NCBI GenBank assembly: GCA_964548765.1
Contig: CAZJSU010000003.1
Location: 31,965 to 95,964 of the forward strand
Length of the DNA stretch: 64,000 nt
Origin: an uncultured Anaerolineaceae bacterium
GTDB lineage: Bacteria; Chloroflexota; Anaerolineae; Aggregatilineales; Phototrophicaceae
Direction of reading: 5' to 3'
Position 1 is the stretch's first letter, and every line of letters begins with the position of its first letter. Below the pieces are notes generated by a model. The model searched no databases and was not told where the DNA came from. It saw only the letters and a list, made by a program, of their open reading frames with translations. The position numbers were made by a program, and so were the translations under genes. Below are positions 1 to 9,142 of this stretch, piece by piece.

Positions 1-885
1 CCGGGCGCGGTCATAGACAGCGCCGAGTACCTCTGGCCGGAAGGTCTTGATGTCGTCCTCGTACTTGAGGATCACGCCGAGGGTGTCGGCGATCACCTCT
101 GGCGAGAGCGCGCGCTGATCGAGCGCGATCACCGCCGAAGTCCAGTCCAGCGTTTCGGCGATGCCCGGCGCTTTGAACAATTCCATCCGGCGCAGTTCCT
201 GCACAAAGGCGGTAATCTGTTTCGCCAGCATCGGCTCGACATCCGGCGCTTTGGCGCGCACGATGTCGAGTTCCTTCTGGAAATCGGGGTACTCGATCCA
301 GTAATACAGGCAGCGACGCTTCAGCGCGTCGTGGACTTCGCGGGTGCGGTTGCTGGTGACGATGACGACAGGCGGCTGCGCGGCGCGGATCGTCCCCAGT
401 TCGGGGATCGTGACCTGAAAATCGGAAAGCAGTTCCAGCAGGAACGCCTCGAATTCCTCGTCGGCGCGGTCAATCTCGTCAATCAGCAGCACGGGCGGCG
501 GCTGGTCTGCGCTGGCTTCTACCGCGCGCAGCAGCGGACGCGCCATTAAAAACTGGCGCGAGAACAACTGGTTCTGCATCTCATCCCGCGCCGCGCCAGA
601 GGCTTCCAGCAGGCGCAGGTGCAGCATTTGCGCCGCGTAATTCCATTCGTAAAGCGCGGTGCTGGCATCCAGCCCTTCGTAACATTGCAGGCGGATCAGT
701 TCCGCGTTGAGCAGACGCGAGAGGACTTTGGCGATCTCGGTCTTGCCCACCCCGGCCTCGCCCTCCAGAAAAAGCGGCTTGTTCAGCTTCAGGGCGAGGT
801 AGATGGCGGTCGCCAGTCCACGTTCTGCGATGTACTGCTGCGCTGATAGTGCCTGTCCCAGCGCGTCGAGGGAGTCAAAAAACAT
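1..885 (-). CDS. MoxR-family AAA+ ATPase, CoxD-like accessory protein of the Mo-hydroxylase cluster. The 3' end runs off the window; the start ATG is the complement of 883-885.
   Basis: Reverse-complement translation from 885 gives MFFDSLDALGQALSAQQYIAERGLATAIYLALKLNKPLFLEGEAGVGKTEIAKVLS... with a Walker A motif (GEAGVGKT) and the MoxR signature. It lies immediately downstream of coxSLM on the same strand. Confidence 0.8.
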   Translation of the reverse strand, partial: MFFDSLDALGQALSAQQYIAERGLATAIYLALKLNKPLFLEGEAGVGKTEIAKVLSRLLNAELIRLQCYEGLDASTALYEWNYAAQMLHLRLLEASGAARDEMQNQLFSRQFLMARPLLRAVEASADQPPPVLLIDEIDRADEEFEAFLLELLSDFQVTIPELGTIRAAQPPVVIVTSNRTREVHDALKRRCLYYWIEYPDFQKELDIVRAKAPDVEPMLAKQITAFVQELRRMELFKAPGIAETLDWTSAVIALDQRALSPEVIADTLGVILKYEDDIKTFRPEVLGAVYDRAR

Positions 886-917
886 GCAATCCACTTTCAA
901 CGGTAAAGGCCGATAGT

Positions 918-1057
918 GGGGCGCGTACCGCGCCCCTGCGCTGAACCTCACCCCCTTCCCCCCTCTCCAAGTGTGGAGAGGGGGCGGAATTTCAAGACCC
1001 TCTCCCCTTGTGGCTGCGAAGCGTCCTGAAAGGGGAGAGGGATTTAGGGTGAGGGGA
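918..1057. repeat. Composite hairpin element in the coxM/MoxR intergenic region. Palindrome GGGGCGCG-TAC-CGCGCCCC at 918-936. Outer stem CTCACCC...GGGTGAG (946-1057) encloses two CCCTCTCC...GGAGAGGG hairpins at 960-983 and 998-1041.
   Basis: Inverted repeats were read directly from the sequence. Closely related hairpins recur at 52666-52711 and 59751-59774. Confidence 0.6.
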
Positions 1058-1066
1058 AACCTATAA

Positions 1067-1918
1067 CTACCCAACCGCCTGCGCGATGGCGCGTTTGAGG
1101 TAAACCCCGGTCATCGCCTGCCGGTAATCCTCCGGGAAGGTGATGTCGCCGATGAGGTACTCAGCGATGTCCTCCATTACCGCGTTGGCCGCCGCGTTGA
1201 GCGCGTTCGCGTCCAGCGACGACCCCGCCAGCGCGGCCTCCGCGCCGGGGGAACGCACCGCCTTGACGGTCGCGCCGCCTACCGCCACCCGCGCGCTCTG
1301 GCAGGTGCCGCCGTCCATTTGCAGCGCCACACATATCCCGACCACCGCGTAGCGCGAGGCCGGGTGTGGCAGCTTGACATAAGCCGATTGTACCCCCGCC
1401 TGCGACGGGATTTCTACGGCGGTCACGATTTCGTCCGGCTGAAGGTCGGTGGTGAACAGGTCTATAAAGAACTCGCTGGCGTTGACCGCGCGCGCGCCGT
1501 TTGGCCCTTGCAGGTGGATAGTCGCATCATAGGCCGCCAGCACGGTTGGCGGGTCTGAGGCCGGGTCGGCATGGGCGATGTTGCCGCCGATGGTGCCAAA
1601 ATTCCGCACCGACTGGTCGCCCACCTGCCCGGCGGCGGCGGCCAGCGCCGCTGCCTGCCCGTGTACCTGTGGCGACGCGGCGATCTCGGCATGAGTCGCC
1701 AGCGCGCCGATACGCAGCACGCCGTTGGCGCTGATGCTTTTAAGCGCCTCCACCCGCCCGATGTCTATCAGCAGCGGCGCTTCGTTCAGCCGCAGCTTCA
1801 GCGCGGGAATCAGGCTGTGTCCACCCGCGAGGATTTTGGCATCTTCGTTCTGTGACAGCAGCGTCACCGCTTCTTCTGCTGAAGAAGCGCGCATGTATTC
1901 AAAGTTTTTCGGCCACAT
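1067..1918 (-). CDS. coxM: CO dehydrogenase/xanthine dehydrogenase-family medium subunit, FAD-binding (CoxM-like).
   Basis: 283-aa ORF with a FAD-binding-domain-like sequence (GGHSLIP, GTIGGNIAHADPASD). Its start overlaps the coxL stop within 4 nt. Confidence 0.85.
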   Translation of the reverse strand: MWPKNFEYMRASSAEEAVTLLSQNEDAKILAGGHSLIPALKLRLNEAPLLIDIGRVEALKSISANGVLRIGALATHAEIAASPQVHGQAAALAAAAGQVGDQSVRNFGTIGGNIAHADPASDPPTVLAAYDATIHLQGPNGARAVNASEFFIDLFTTDLQPDEIVTAVEIPSQAGVQSAYVKLPHPASRYAVVGICVALQMDGGTCQSARVAVGGATVKAVRSPGAEAALAGSSLDANALNAAANAVMEDIAEYLIGDITFPEDYRQAMTGVYLKRAIAQAVG

Positions 1919-1921
1919 AAT

Positions 1922-4288
1922 CTATGCAGTTCTCCCATTCTGCGTGTCCTGAATCGCCTGCCATACACGATAAGGGGTCATGGGCATCTCTAGCTGCGTG
2001 ATGCCAAAGGGACGCAGCGCGTCAATCACTGCGTTATAGACCGTCGGCGTACTGGCAATGGTGCCGGTTTCGCCAACGCCCTTCACCCCGACCGGATGAT
2101 GCGGCGAGGGCGTGACGGTGTGGTCAAGCTCAAACTGTGGGAACATATCCGCGCGGGGCAGGCAGTAGTCCATCATCGAGCCGGTCAATAGCTGGCCGTT
2201 GTCGTCGTAGACCACGCCTTCATACAGCGCCTGCCCCACCCCCTGAACAATGCCGCCGTGAATCTGGCCTCTGACAATCATAGGGTTGATCTGTGGGCCG
2301 CAGTCGTCCACCGCGATATAACGCCGCAGATAGACCTGCCCGGTCTCGGCTTCCACCTCCACCACCGCGATATGCGTACCGAAGGGGTAGACAAAATTCG
2401 GCGGGTCGTAAAACTGCGATTCCTCGAAGCCGGGGTCCATCCCCTCTGGCAGGTTCCATGCCAGCGTCGCCATCAACCCCACTTCCTGAATGGTCTTGGC
2501 GTTCTCTGCCGAGCCGCGCACGAAGAACTTGCCGTCCGCGTATTCAATATCCTCGACCGCCGCTTCCAGCATGTGGGCGGCCATCGCCCGCGCCTTCTCC
2601 TTCAGCTTGCGCGCGGCCTTGACCAGCGCCGCGCCCGCGACCGGGGTTGTGCGGCTGCCATAAGACCCCCAGCCCAGCGGCGTGTTATGCGTGTCGCCGT
2701 ACTTGACCTGAATGTCCTCTACCGGATAGCCCAGTTCATCAGAGATCAACTGCGCGAAGGTGGTTTCCTCGCCCTGCCCGTGTGGCATCGCGCCGATCAT
2801 CGCCTGCACCTTGCCAACCGGGGTCACGCGGATGATGGCGCTGTCCCACAGCCCGGCCTGAAAGCCGACCGCGCCCGCAACCTGGCTGGGGCCAAGCCCG
2901 CAGATTTCGGCATAGGTGGTTACGCCGATGCCCAGATAGCGCCCGTTCTGGCGTGCGGCGGCCTGCTCCTGCCGGAAGTTCTCATAACCGAGGATCGAGA
3001 GCGCTTTATCGAGCGCGGCTTCATAATCGCCGCTGTCGTAGGTCAGGCCGAGCGGCACAGTGTAGCCATCTTCAAAGCGCGGAATCAGGTTCTTGCGGCG
3101 CAGGTCTACCGGGTCCATGTTGAGCGCGTCGGCCATTTTGTCCATCAGCCGTTCCACAAGGAACGTCGCTTCCGGGCGGCCAGCCCCGCGATAAGCGTCT
3201 ACAGGCGTTGTGTTGGTGAACACGCCGTAAACGTCGGCGCGGGCGTGGGGGATGGTGTACGCGCCGCAGTACATCAGGCCGTGCAGAATGGTCGGGATGC
3301 CCGGCCCGGCGGTGGAGTGGTACGCGCCCAGCCCGGCGTAGACCGTGCCGCGAATGGCTGTGACCTGGCCGTCGCGCGTGGCGGCCATCTCGACATATTC
3401 CACGTGGTCGCGCCCGTGAATGGTCGTGATGTAATTCTCGCTGCGGCTTTCCGTCCAGCGCACCGGGCGGTCGAGCTTCATCGCCGCCCAGCAGGCCAGC
3501 GCTTCATCGGCATAGACCGGAATCTTGCTGCCGAAGCCGCCGCCGACATCCGGCGCGATCACCCGTACTTTATGCTCCGGGATGCCCGTCATGCCGCTGA
3601 GGATAAAGCGGTGAATGTGCGGGTTCTGCGAGGTACACCAGACCGTCAGTTCCTCAAGCCCGCTGTTCCACTGTGCCAGCGCCGAGCGCGGCTCCATCGC
3701 TGTCGGCAGCAGGCGCTGCTGGACGATGCGCTCGCTGACCACGACTTCGGCCTCGACAAAGGCTTTGTCCACGCCTTCGTCGCCGCTGCTGGCGACCCAG
3801 TGAAAGCCGACATTGTTCGGCACATCGTCGAACAACTGCGCCGCGCCGTCCTGCGTGGCTTCCTCCGGGTTAACCACCACCGGCAGCGGTTCATACTCCA
3901 CGCGGATCATGTCGGCGGCATCCTGCGCGATGTAACGATCTTCGGCGATGACGATCGCCACGCCGTCGCCCGCATAACGCACCTTGTCCTTCGCCAGCAC
4001 CGGGTGTGCCGGGGTTTTAAGGTCGCTGTTGGGGACAAGCCACGCGCACGGCACGTTCATGTCCACATCCTGCCCGGTGAACACGGCGATCACCCCCGGC
4101 GTATCGCGCGCCGCTGTCGTGTCCACACTCAGCACGCGCGCGTGGGCGTAAGGGCTGCGTACCACCGCCATGTGCGTCATACCGGGGAGCTGCATGTCGC
4201 CCGTGTATTTCGCCTTGCCGGTCATCAGGCGCGGGTCTTCGCGCCGTTTGATGGCCGACCCGAAAATCCGGTTCGAGCGCGTCACCAT
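1922..4288 (-). CDS. coxL: Molybdopterin large subunit of a form-II CODH-like enzyme (CoxL-like). It carries the AYRGAGR active-site motif rather than the AYXCSFR of bona fide form-I CODH.
   Basis: 788-aa ORF with the motif ...VDAYRGAGRPEATF.... Start and stop overlap the neighbours as ATGA (coxS stop/coxL start) and ATAATCTA (coxL stop/coxM start). Confidence 0.85.
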   Translation of the reverse strand: MVTRSNRIFGSAIKRREDPRLMTGKAKYTGDMQLPGMTHMAVVRSPYAHARVLSVDTTAARDTPGVIAVFTGQDVDMNVPCAWLVPNSDLKTPAHPVLAKDKVRYAGDGVAIVIAEDRYIAQDAADMIRVEYEPLPVVVNPEEATQDGAAQLFDDVPNNVGFHWVASSGDEGVDKAFVEAEVVVSERIVQQRLLPTAMEPRSALAQWNSGLEELTVWCTSQNPHIHRFILSGMTGIPEHKVRVIAPDVGGGFGSKIPVYADEALACWAAMKLDRPVRWTESRSENYITTIHGRDHVEYVEMAATRDGQVTAIRGTVYAGLGAYHSTAGPGIPTILHGLMYCGAYTIPHARADVYGVFTNTTPVDAYRGAGRPEATFLVERLMDKMADALNMDPVDLRRKNLIPRFEDGYTVPLGLTYDSGDYEAALDKALSILGYENFRQEQAAARQNGRYLGIGVTTYAEICGLGPSQVAGAVGFQAGLWDSAIIRVTPVGKVQAMIGAMPHGQGEETTFAQLISDELGYPVEDIQVKYGDTHNTPLGWGSYGSRTTPVAGAALVKAARKLKEKARAMAAHMLEAAVEDIEYADGKFFVRGSAENAKTIQEVGLMATLAWNLPEGMDPGFEESQFYDPPNFVYPFGTHIAVVEVEAETGQVYLRRYIAVDDCGPQINPMIVRGQIHGGIVQGVGQALYEGVVYDDNGQLLTGSMMDYCLPRADMFPQFELDHTVTPSPHHPVGVKGVGETGTIASTPTVYNAVIDALRPFGITQLEMPMTPYRVWQAIQDTQNGRTA

Positions 4289-4758
4289 CAGTCACCCCCT
4301 CCCAGCTTCCCGGCGGCATCCATGACAGCGGCGACGATGTTCTGGTAGCCGGTGCAGCGGCACAGGTTGCCCTCAAGCGCGTGGGCGCGGACATCGGCTT
4401 CGGTCGGGTTGGGGTAGTCCTTCAGAAAGGCGGTGGTCGCCATAATCATGCCGGGCGTGCAGTAACCACACTGAAGGCCGTGCTTCTCCCAGAAGCTCTC
4501 CTGCATGGGGTGCAGTTGGCCGTTGCTCACGCCTTCGATGGTGGTGATTTCGGCCCCGTCGGCCTGCACCGCCAGCAGCGTACACGACTTGAGCGCCTTG
4601 CCGTTCAGGTGGACGGTACACGCGCCGCACTGGCTGGTGTCGCAGCCGATCTTGGTGCCAGTCAGCCCCAGTTGGTCGCGCAGGAAATGCACCAGCAGCA
4701 TACGCGGCTCAACATCGGCGGTATAAGTTTGTCCGTTTACAACGACTGAGATGTTCAA
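4288..4758 (-). CDS. coxS: [2Fe-2S]-binding small subunit (CoxS-like).
   Basis: 156 aa with two 2Fe-2S cysteine motifs (CGACTV...C, CGYCTPG, CRCTGY). TTG start with an AGGAGGA SD 8 nt upstream. Confidence 0.9.
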   Translation of the reverse strand: MNISVVVNGQTYTADVEPRMLLVHFLRDQLGLTGTKIGCDTSQCGACTVHLNGKALKSCTLLAVQADGAEITTIEGVSNGQLHPMQESFWEKHGLQCGYCTPGMIMATTAFLKDYPNPTEADVRAHALEGNLCRCTGYQNIVAAVMDAAGKLGGGD

Positions 4759-4856
4759 AATTTTATCCTCCTATGAACCCGATTAATTTCCCAAAAGACC
4801 TGTATCCGTTTTAAATGCGCGTCACTTTGGCGTAATTTTTAAGGAAATACTCCTTT

Positions 4857-4869
4857 CTGTTCAGAACAG
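4857..4869. promoter_or_regulatory. Perfect palindrome CTGTTC-A-GAACAG about 100 bp upstream of coxS, in an AT-rich promoter region. Candidate operator.
   Basis: Palindrome seen in the sequence. The region 4760-4900 is AT-rich relative to the window. Confidence 0.3.
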
Positions 4870-5091
4870 CGGCGATGAGGGTTGCCTCTGGTAAGGTGTT
4901 CGTTTTACTTAACCGCTGCTTCTGGGTGATGTGCTGGCCTGAATGTACCATGATGTGGGCGGCTGTTCAACAATTGCAGGCGCAGGGGAGGGTATGGCTT
5001 GCGGGGATAGTGGCTGGTGCTTATACCGACTGTTAAGGTGTTGCCACCTGATGCCAGTATTTGCGGTCGTGGGCGCGATAAAATACACCTT

Positions 5092-5272
5092 GTAGGGGCG
5101 CAGCGTGCTGCGCCCCCATGCCGTCTGCGCGGATAGAACGACTTGCATTGTGTAGGGAATGGCCGCAGGCCAGGCGGGGTGAGGTGTCACGGGCGGGTTT
5201 CAAACCCGCCCCTAAGCATGAATGGTCGTTGTGGGTGCGGACGCGATGTATCGCGTCCCTACAGGGTCATGG
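5092..5272. repeat. Intergenic repeat cluster. GTAGGGGCGCAGCGTGCTGCGCCCC palindrome at 5092-5117. A ~113-bp element at 5158-5272 contains the hairpin GGGCGGGTTTCAAACCCGCCC and the palindrome GCGATGTATCGCGTCCCTAC; a second copy lies at 52716-52810.
   Basis: The two loci align nearly base for base. The track ORFs 5118-5306 and 52675-52872 are similar only because they translate this repeat. Confidence 0.7.
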
Positions 5273-5302
5273 ACATGGTGATGCCCACCGTAACACGCCG
5301 GG

Positions 5303-6286
5303 TTAATCGCCTGCTTCGGCCAGCGCGTTATCGAGCGGCTGAAGCTGGTCTTCACGATCCTGAAGCCACTTGATGGTGGTCAGCGCGGCCTTACAGCCAT
5401 CGCCCGCCGCCGTGATCGCCTGCCGGAAGATGCTGTCGTGAATCTCGCCCGCCGCGAACACGCCCTCAACATTGGTGCGGTGAAGCTGGTCTACCAGCAC
5501 ATAGCCCGCCGCGTCCATCGCTAACTGGCCTGTGAACACGCTGCTGTTGGGGTCATAGCCGATGAAGATAAACACGCCATCCACTGGCTTGTTATAAGTT
5601 TCGCCTGTCTTGAGGTTGTGCAGCGTTACGCCGTTGACCACGCCGCTTTCGGCAGCCTGCACGTCCTTCAGCACCGTGTCCCAGATAAAGCTGATCTTCG
5701 GGTCGTTGAAGGCGCGTGTCTGGAGCGAGACATCGGCGCGCAGTTCGTCGCGGCGGTGAACGACGGTGACTGTCCTGCCGAACTTGGTCAGGAACAGCGC
5801 TTCCTGAAGCGCGCTGTCGCCGCCGCCGACCACGATAATATCCTTTTCCCGGAAGAAGAAGCCGTCGCAGGTGGCGCAGTAGCTCACGCCGCGCCCGACG
5901 TACTCGCGCTCGCCGGGGATGCCCAGTTCGCGCGGGTTCGCGCCGATGGTGACGATCACCGCGTCCGCCAGCCACTCCTCGCCGCCGTCGGTCTTGATGG
6001 TGAACGGTGTCCCCTTGCTGAAGTCCACCTCGGTCACGAGGTCATAAACATATTGGGTGCCGAACTTCTCGGCCTGCGCGCGCATCGCCTCGACCAGTTC
6101 CGGCCCGGTGGTGCCGTCCGGGAAGCCGGGGTAATTCTCGACCTCGTGCGTGGTGGCGATCTGCCCGCCCAACTGCTTGCCGACGAACACAACCGTTTCT
6201 AACTGGGCGCGCGCGGTATACAGCGCGGCGGTCAACCCCGCCGGGCCAGAGCCGATCACGGCCACCCGTGTCTTATTCACTGCCAT
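5303..6286 (-). CDS. trxB: Thioredoxin-disulfide reductase.
   Basis: 327 aa with an N-terminal GSGPAG FAD motif, the CATC redox-active disulfide, and an NADPH site (GGGDSA). Confidence 0.9.
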   Translation of the reverse strand: MAVNKTRVAVIGSGPAGLTAALYTARAQLETVVFVGKQLGGQIATTHEVENYPGFPDGTTGPELVEAMRAQAEKFGTQYVYDLVTEVDFSKGTPFTIKTDGGEEWLADAVIVTIGANPRELGIPGEREYVGRGVSYCATCDGFFFREKDIIVVGGGDSALQEALFLTKFGRTVTVVHRRDELRADVSLQTRAFNDPKISFIWDTVLKDVQAAESGVVNGVTLHNLKTGETYNKPVDGVFIFIGYDPNSSVFTGQLAMDAAGYVLVDQLHRTNVEGVFAAGEIHDSIFRQAITAAGDGCKAALTTIKWLQDREDQLQPLDNALAEAGD

Positions 6287-6308
6287 AATAACACCTCGAT
6301 GATGCCTG

Positions 6309-6566
6309 TTAGCTGTTGGATGTGGTAGTAAAGCCGTTATCTTCGGCGCGGATGATGCTCACCAGCGCCTCAAACTCCTCGCGGCAGTCGGGACAGCAGG
6401 AGAGGTGTTTTTCTACCGCTGGCAGCAGTACGTGCATGTCTGCCCCCATGGCGACCTGTTCTGCCAGACAGTCGAACTGATCGGCACAGGCCGCACAGCT
6501 CATCTCCTCGTCTTCGTGCGCCGCGAGGATGCACTGCAAAAGTTTATTGAAGTGATCCTGTGACAT
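6309..6566 (-). CDS. Zinc-finger (zf-HC2/ZAS-like) anti-sigma factor.
   Basis: 85 aa. The Cys/His pattern C..C...H....SCAAC.....C...........H.SCCPDC sits immediately downstream of an ECF sigma gene. Confidence 0.6.
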   Translation of the reverse strand: MSQDHFNKLLQCILAAHEDEEMSCAACADQFDCLAEQVAMGADMHVLLPAVEKHLSCCPDCREEFEALVSIIRAEDNGFTTTSNS

Positions 6567-6635
6567 AAAGCCTGTATTTCCTATCCTCTACCCCTGTATT
6601 CTGGACGATGAGTCGCCCCGGTTTCTTACCCAGTC

Positions 6636-7292
6636 TTAGTCCTGAAACAGATCAAGCATATACTCCATCGAAAGCCCTTGCGCTTCCAGATGCCCGCGCA
6701 GCTTGCGCCGCGCGTCATGCACCAGTTTGTAAAGCGCGTTGCGGTTCGTCCCCATCTTCTTAGCCACCACTTCCAGCGGCACCCCGCGCAGCGCCACCGC
6801 CTCTAACGCCTGATACTGGCGTTCGGTCAGCGCCTCGCGCAGCGCCCGGTCAATCCGCATCAGTACGTCCTCGCGCTCGGTCGCGTTTTCCGGGGTGTGG
6901 CTGTTGCTGGTCAGCAGGGCGCGGGCGGTCACGGGCAGCAGTTCGTCGTCAGCCGTCAGGTCATCCAGCCGGAAGTCCTTATAACGCGCCCGGCGCAGGT
7001 CGCTGATGGCAACCCGCACCGCGATCTTGGTCGCCCATGTGGTAAAACGGCTGTCACCGCGAAAGGTGTCCAGATTCTCCAGCACGCGCAGCGTCGCATC
7101 CTGCGCGAGGTCTTCGGCCATCTGCGTCAGTTCCTGATTGGAAAGCTGGGCGAGGTCGCTGCGCTCGCGGCTGAGGTAAAAGAAGATACCCCGCTGCAAG
7201 CGCTGCCGCAGGTCTTCGAGCGCCTGAGTCTGTGTCGCAGGTGATCCGGTGAGGTCGGCCAACCACTGCTCGTTAGTACGTTCTGTTTGCAT
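6636..7292 (-). CDS. ECF-type RNA polymerase sigma-70 family factor. The likely start MQTERT is at 7292; the track ORF extends to 7409.
   Basis: Sigma-70 region 2 (ATLRVLENLDTFRGDSRFTTWATKIAVR) and region 4 (QALEAVALRGVPLEVVAKKMGTNRNALYKLVHDARRKLR). Confidence 0.8.
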   Translation of the reverse strand: MQTERTNEQWLADLTGSPATQTQALEDLRQRLQRGIFFYLSRERSDLAQLSNQELTQMAEDLAQDATLRVLENLDTFRGDSRFTTWATKIAVRVAISDLRRARYKDFRLDDLTADDELLPVTARALLTSNSHTPENATEREDVLMRIDRALREALTERQYQALEAVALRGVPLEVVAKKMGTNRNALYKLVHDARRKLRGHLEAQGLSMEYMLDLFQD

Positions 7293-7420
7293 TGTTTTCG
7301 TTATCACGATCAAATGCGGATTAGTATAGCACGGGGCAGTGGGAAATGTGTCAAGAAGCAGCGCCGACACGCCAGAAGGTTTACCCACTGTCCGGCTTTT
7401 GGAGTACAATCTGAAAGCAC

Positions 7421-8203
7421 TTGATTTCTACAGGAAGAAGGTTTTCCTTGACGTACATTCTGGTCACGAATGATGATGGCGTACACGCGCCGGGTATTCT
7501 GGCGCTGGTACAGGCCATGCGTGAGCTAAGCAGCAACATACAGGTGATCGCCCCGGCCACCAACCAGAGCGCCGGCGGCCACAAAAAGACACTGGTACAG
7601 GACCTGCCTGTGAGCAAGACCACGCTGGAAGACGGCACCCCCGCGCTGGCGGTGTCTGGCTCTCCGGCAGACTGCATCGCCCTGGCCGGGCTGGGGCTGA
7701 TCGAGTGGCCGCCGCGTATCGTCGTTTCGGGCATCAACCGGGGCGGCAACATGGGGCAGGACATCACCTACAGCGGCACCGTGACCGCCGCGCTGGAAGC
7801 CACCATTCACGGCGTACCGGGGATCGCCGTTTCGCTCGACCAGCGCGACGCGAACCATGTAGACGATTACCTTGTCGCGGCGCGGGCGGCTGTCCCGGTC
7901 GTGGCGATGGCGCTGCAAAAAGGGCTGCCGCCCTTCACCATCCTCAACCTGAACGTCCCGGCGGGGCCAACGGTGAAAGCCATCCGCCTCACACGGCAGG
8001 GGCTGCGTATTTACAACGACGAACTGGAAGTCGCGGGCGATATTTACCGCATTGTCGGGCCAGAGCCGACAGGCGTGCTGGACGAGGAAGGGACGGACTT
8101 ATGGGCGGTGCATAACGGCTACGCCAGCCTCACCCCGATCCATCTCGACCTGACCGCGCATCGCTTTCTGGCCGATCTCGCCGCGTGGGACATCACGCTG
8201 TAA
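7421..8203 (+). CDS. surE: 5'/3'-nucleotidase SurE. An alternative TTG start lies near 7449.
   Basis: LVTNDDGVHAPGI N-terminal signature of the SurE family. Confidence 0.85.
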   Translation: MISTGRRFSLTYILVTNDDGVHAPGILALVQAMRELSSNIQVIAPATNQSAGGHKKTLVQDLPVSKTTLEDGTPALAVSGSPADCIALAGLGLIEWPPRIVVSGINRGGNMGQDITYSGTVTAALEATIHGVPGIAVSLDQRDANHVDDYLVAARAAVPVVAMALQKGLPPFTILNLNVPAGPTVKAIRLTRQGLRIYNDELEVAGDIYRIVGPEPTGVLDEEGTDLWAVHNGYASLTPIHLDLTAHRFLADLAAWDITL

Positions 8204-8268
8204 CAGGCGGCTCGGCGTGGACGCGGCCTGCTGCGCCTACGCCAAAAAACTGCCCGCTTCAAACACCG

Positions 8269-8874
8269 TTACGCGGTTTCAGATTTTGACCGGGTGATGT
8301 CTGCCAGCACTTCCCCGGCGAAGCGGCACAACAGGCTGAGCAGAATCAGGTCGGTTTCTGAGAACGGCTCGTCCACCGGCTGGTTGAGCGCTTCCAGCAC
8401 GCCCAGCACGCGCGAGTCGCCCATGATCGGCGCGGCGGCGATGGACTGTGTGCGGAACTTGAAGGCTTCGTCAATGCTCTCAGAGAAGCGCGAGTCGCGG
8501 CGCACGTCGCGCACCAGCGCGGCCTGCGCGTTCTGCACGACCCACCCGGCGATGCCCTCATCGGCGGGGATACGATAACCGACCAACTGCTCGCCCAGCG
8601 TCCCCTGTACCAGCACAAATTGCAATTCGTTCGTCTGGTCGTCCAGCAGCAGCAGCGAGCCTTCCGGCGCGTGGAGCAGGTCAAGCGCGTGGGTGAAAAT
8701 CTCGTGCAGCAGGGGCATCAGCGCCGCGTCGTTGGCGCTGCGGGCGCGCTCTACCAGCGTGTGCAGAGTCTGGACGAATTCGCGCAGCGTCCCCAGTTCA
8801 CGCTGAAGCGCCTGATTTTCCGCCTGCAGGCGCGCGTTTTCGCGCTGCATCACTGCAATTGTATTCGTGACCAT
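8269..8874 (-). CDS. Protein with an N-terminal coiled-coil (leucine-zipper-like) and a GAF domain.
   Basis: The 201-aa N-terminus has an ENARLQAENQALQRELGTLREF heptad pattern followed by a GAF-like fold. It is divergent from the cyclase operon. Confidence 0.65.
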   Translation of the reverse strand: MVTNTIAVMQRENARLQAENQALQRELGTLREFVQTLHTLVERARSANDAALMPLLHEIFTHALDLLHAPEGSLLLLDDQTNELQFVLVQGTLGEQLVGYRIPADEGIAGWVVQNAQAALVRDVRRDSRFSESIDEAFKFRTQSIAAAPIMGDSRVLGVLEALNQPVDEPFSETDLILLSLLCRFAGEVLADITRSKSETA

Positions 8875-9142
8875 CCCCGCCCCTTCCGGCTTTCTCGCAC
8901 GTTACATTCTGTTACCTCAAGTGTACGATGTTTGAGGCCGGGCGGGTGTTAGAAAATTTAAACATGCCCAGGTCAGCCTTACATTTTCCTTGCATTCAGG
9001 TAGGGTTTATTACAGGTTAGACAGCCGTGTTTTCGAAGCTTTTCTTAAGGAGGGAACGCCTATTTACACTTTGATGACAGGTAGGCGAAAATAGTTGCGT
9101 ATATAATGGAAAGCATTCTTTCCGCAGTCTGGAGCAAGAACC

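Noticed and set aside
2258-4348. 696-aa plus-strand ORF antisense to coxL.
   Set aside because: Long antisense ORFs are expected in ~65% GC DNA. It has an Arg/Ala/His-rich low-complexity translation and no motifs, and the opposite strand encodes a clear Mo-hydroxylase large subunit. Similar antisense ORFs were rejected at 10999-12567, 17066-18961, 27136-28449 (+), 42239-43231, 59473-60750, 60269-62041 and 62054-63406.
5190-5217. tRNA-like T-arm (GGGCGGGTTTCAAACCCGCCC followed by CCCTAAG).
   Set aside because: No matching acceptor or anticodon arms could be placed at a tRNA-compatible distance. It is part of a dispersed repeat.
5118-5306. Conserved small ORFs at 5118-5306 and 52675-52872 (WPQARRGEVSRAGFKPAP).
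   Set aside because: Their similarity comes from translating two copies of a ~100-bp intergenic repeat. They have no RBS and overlap hairpin structures.
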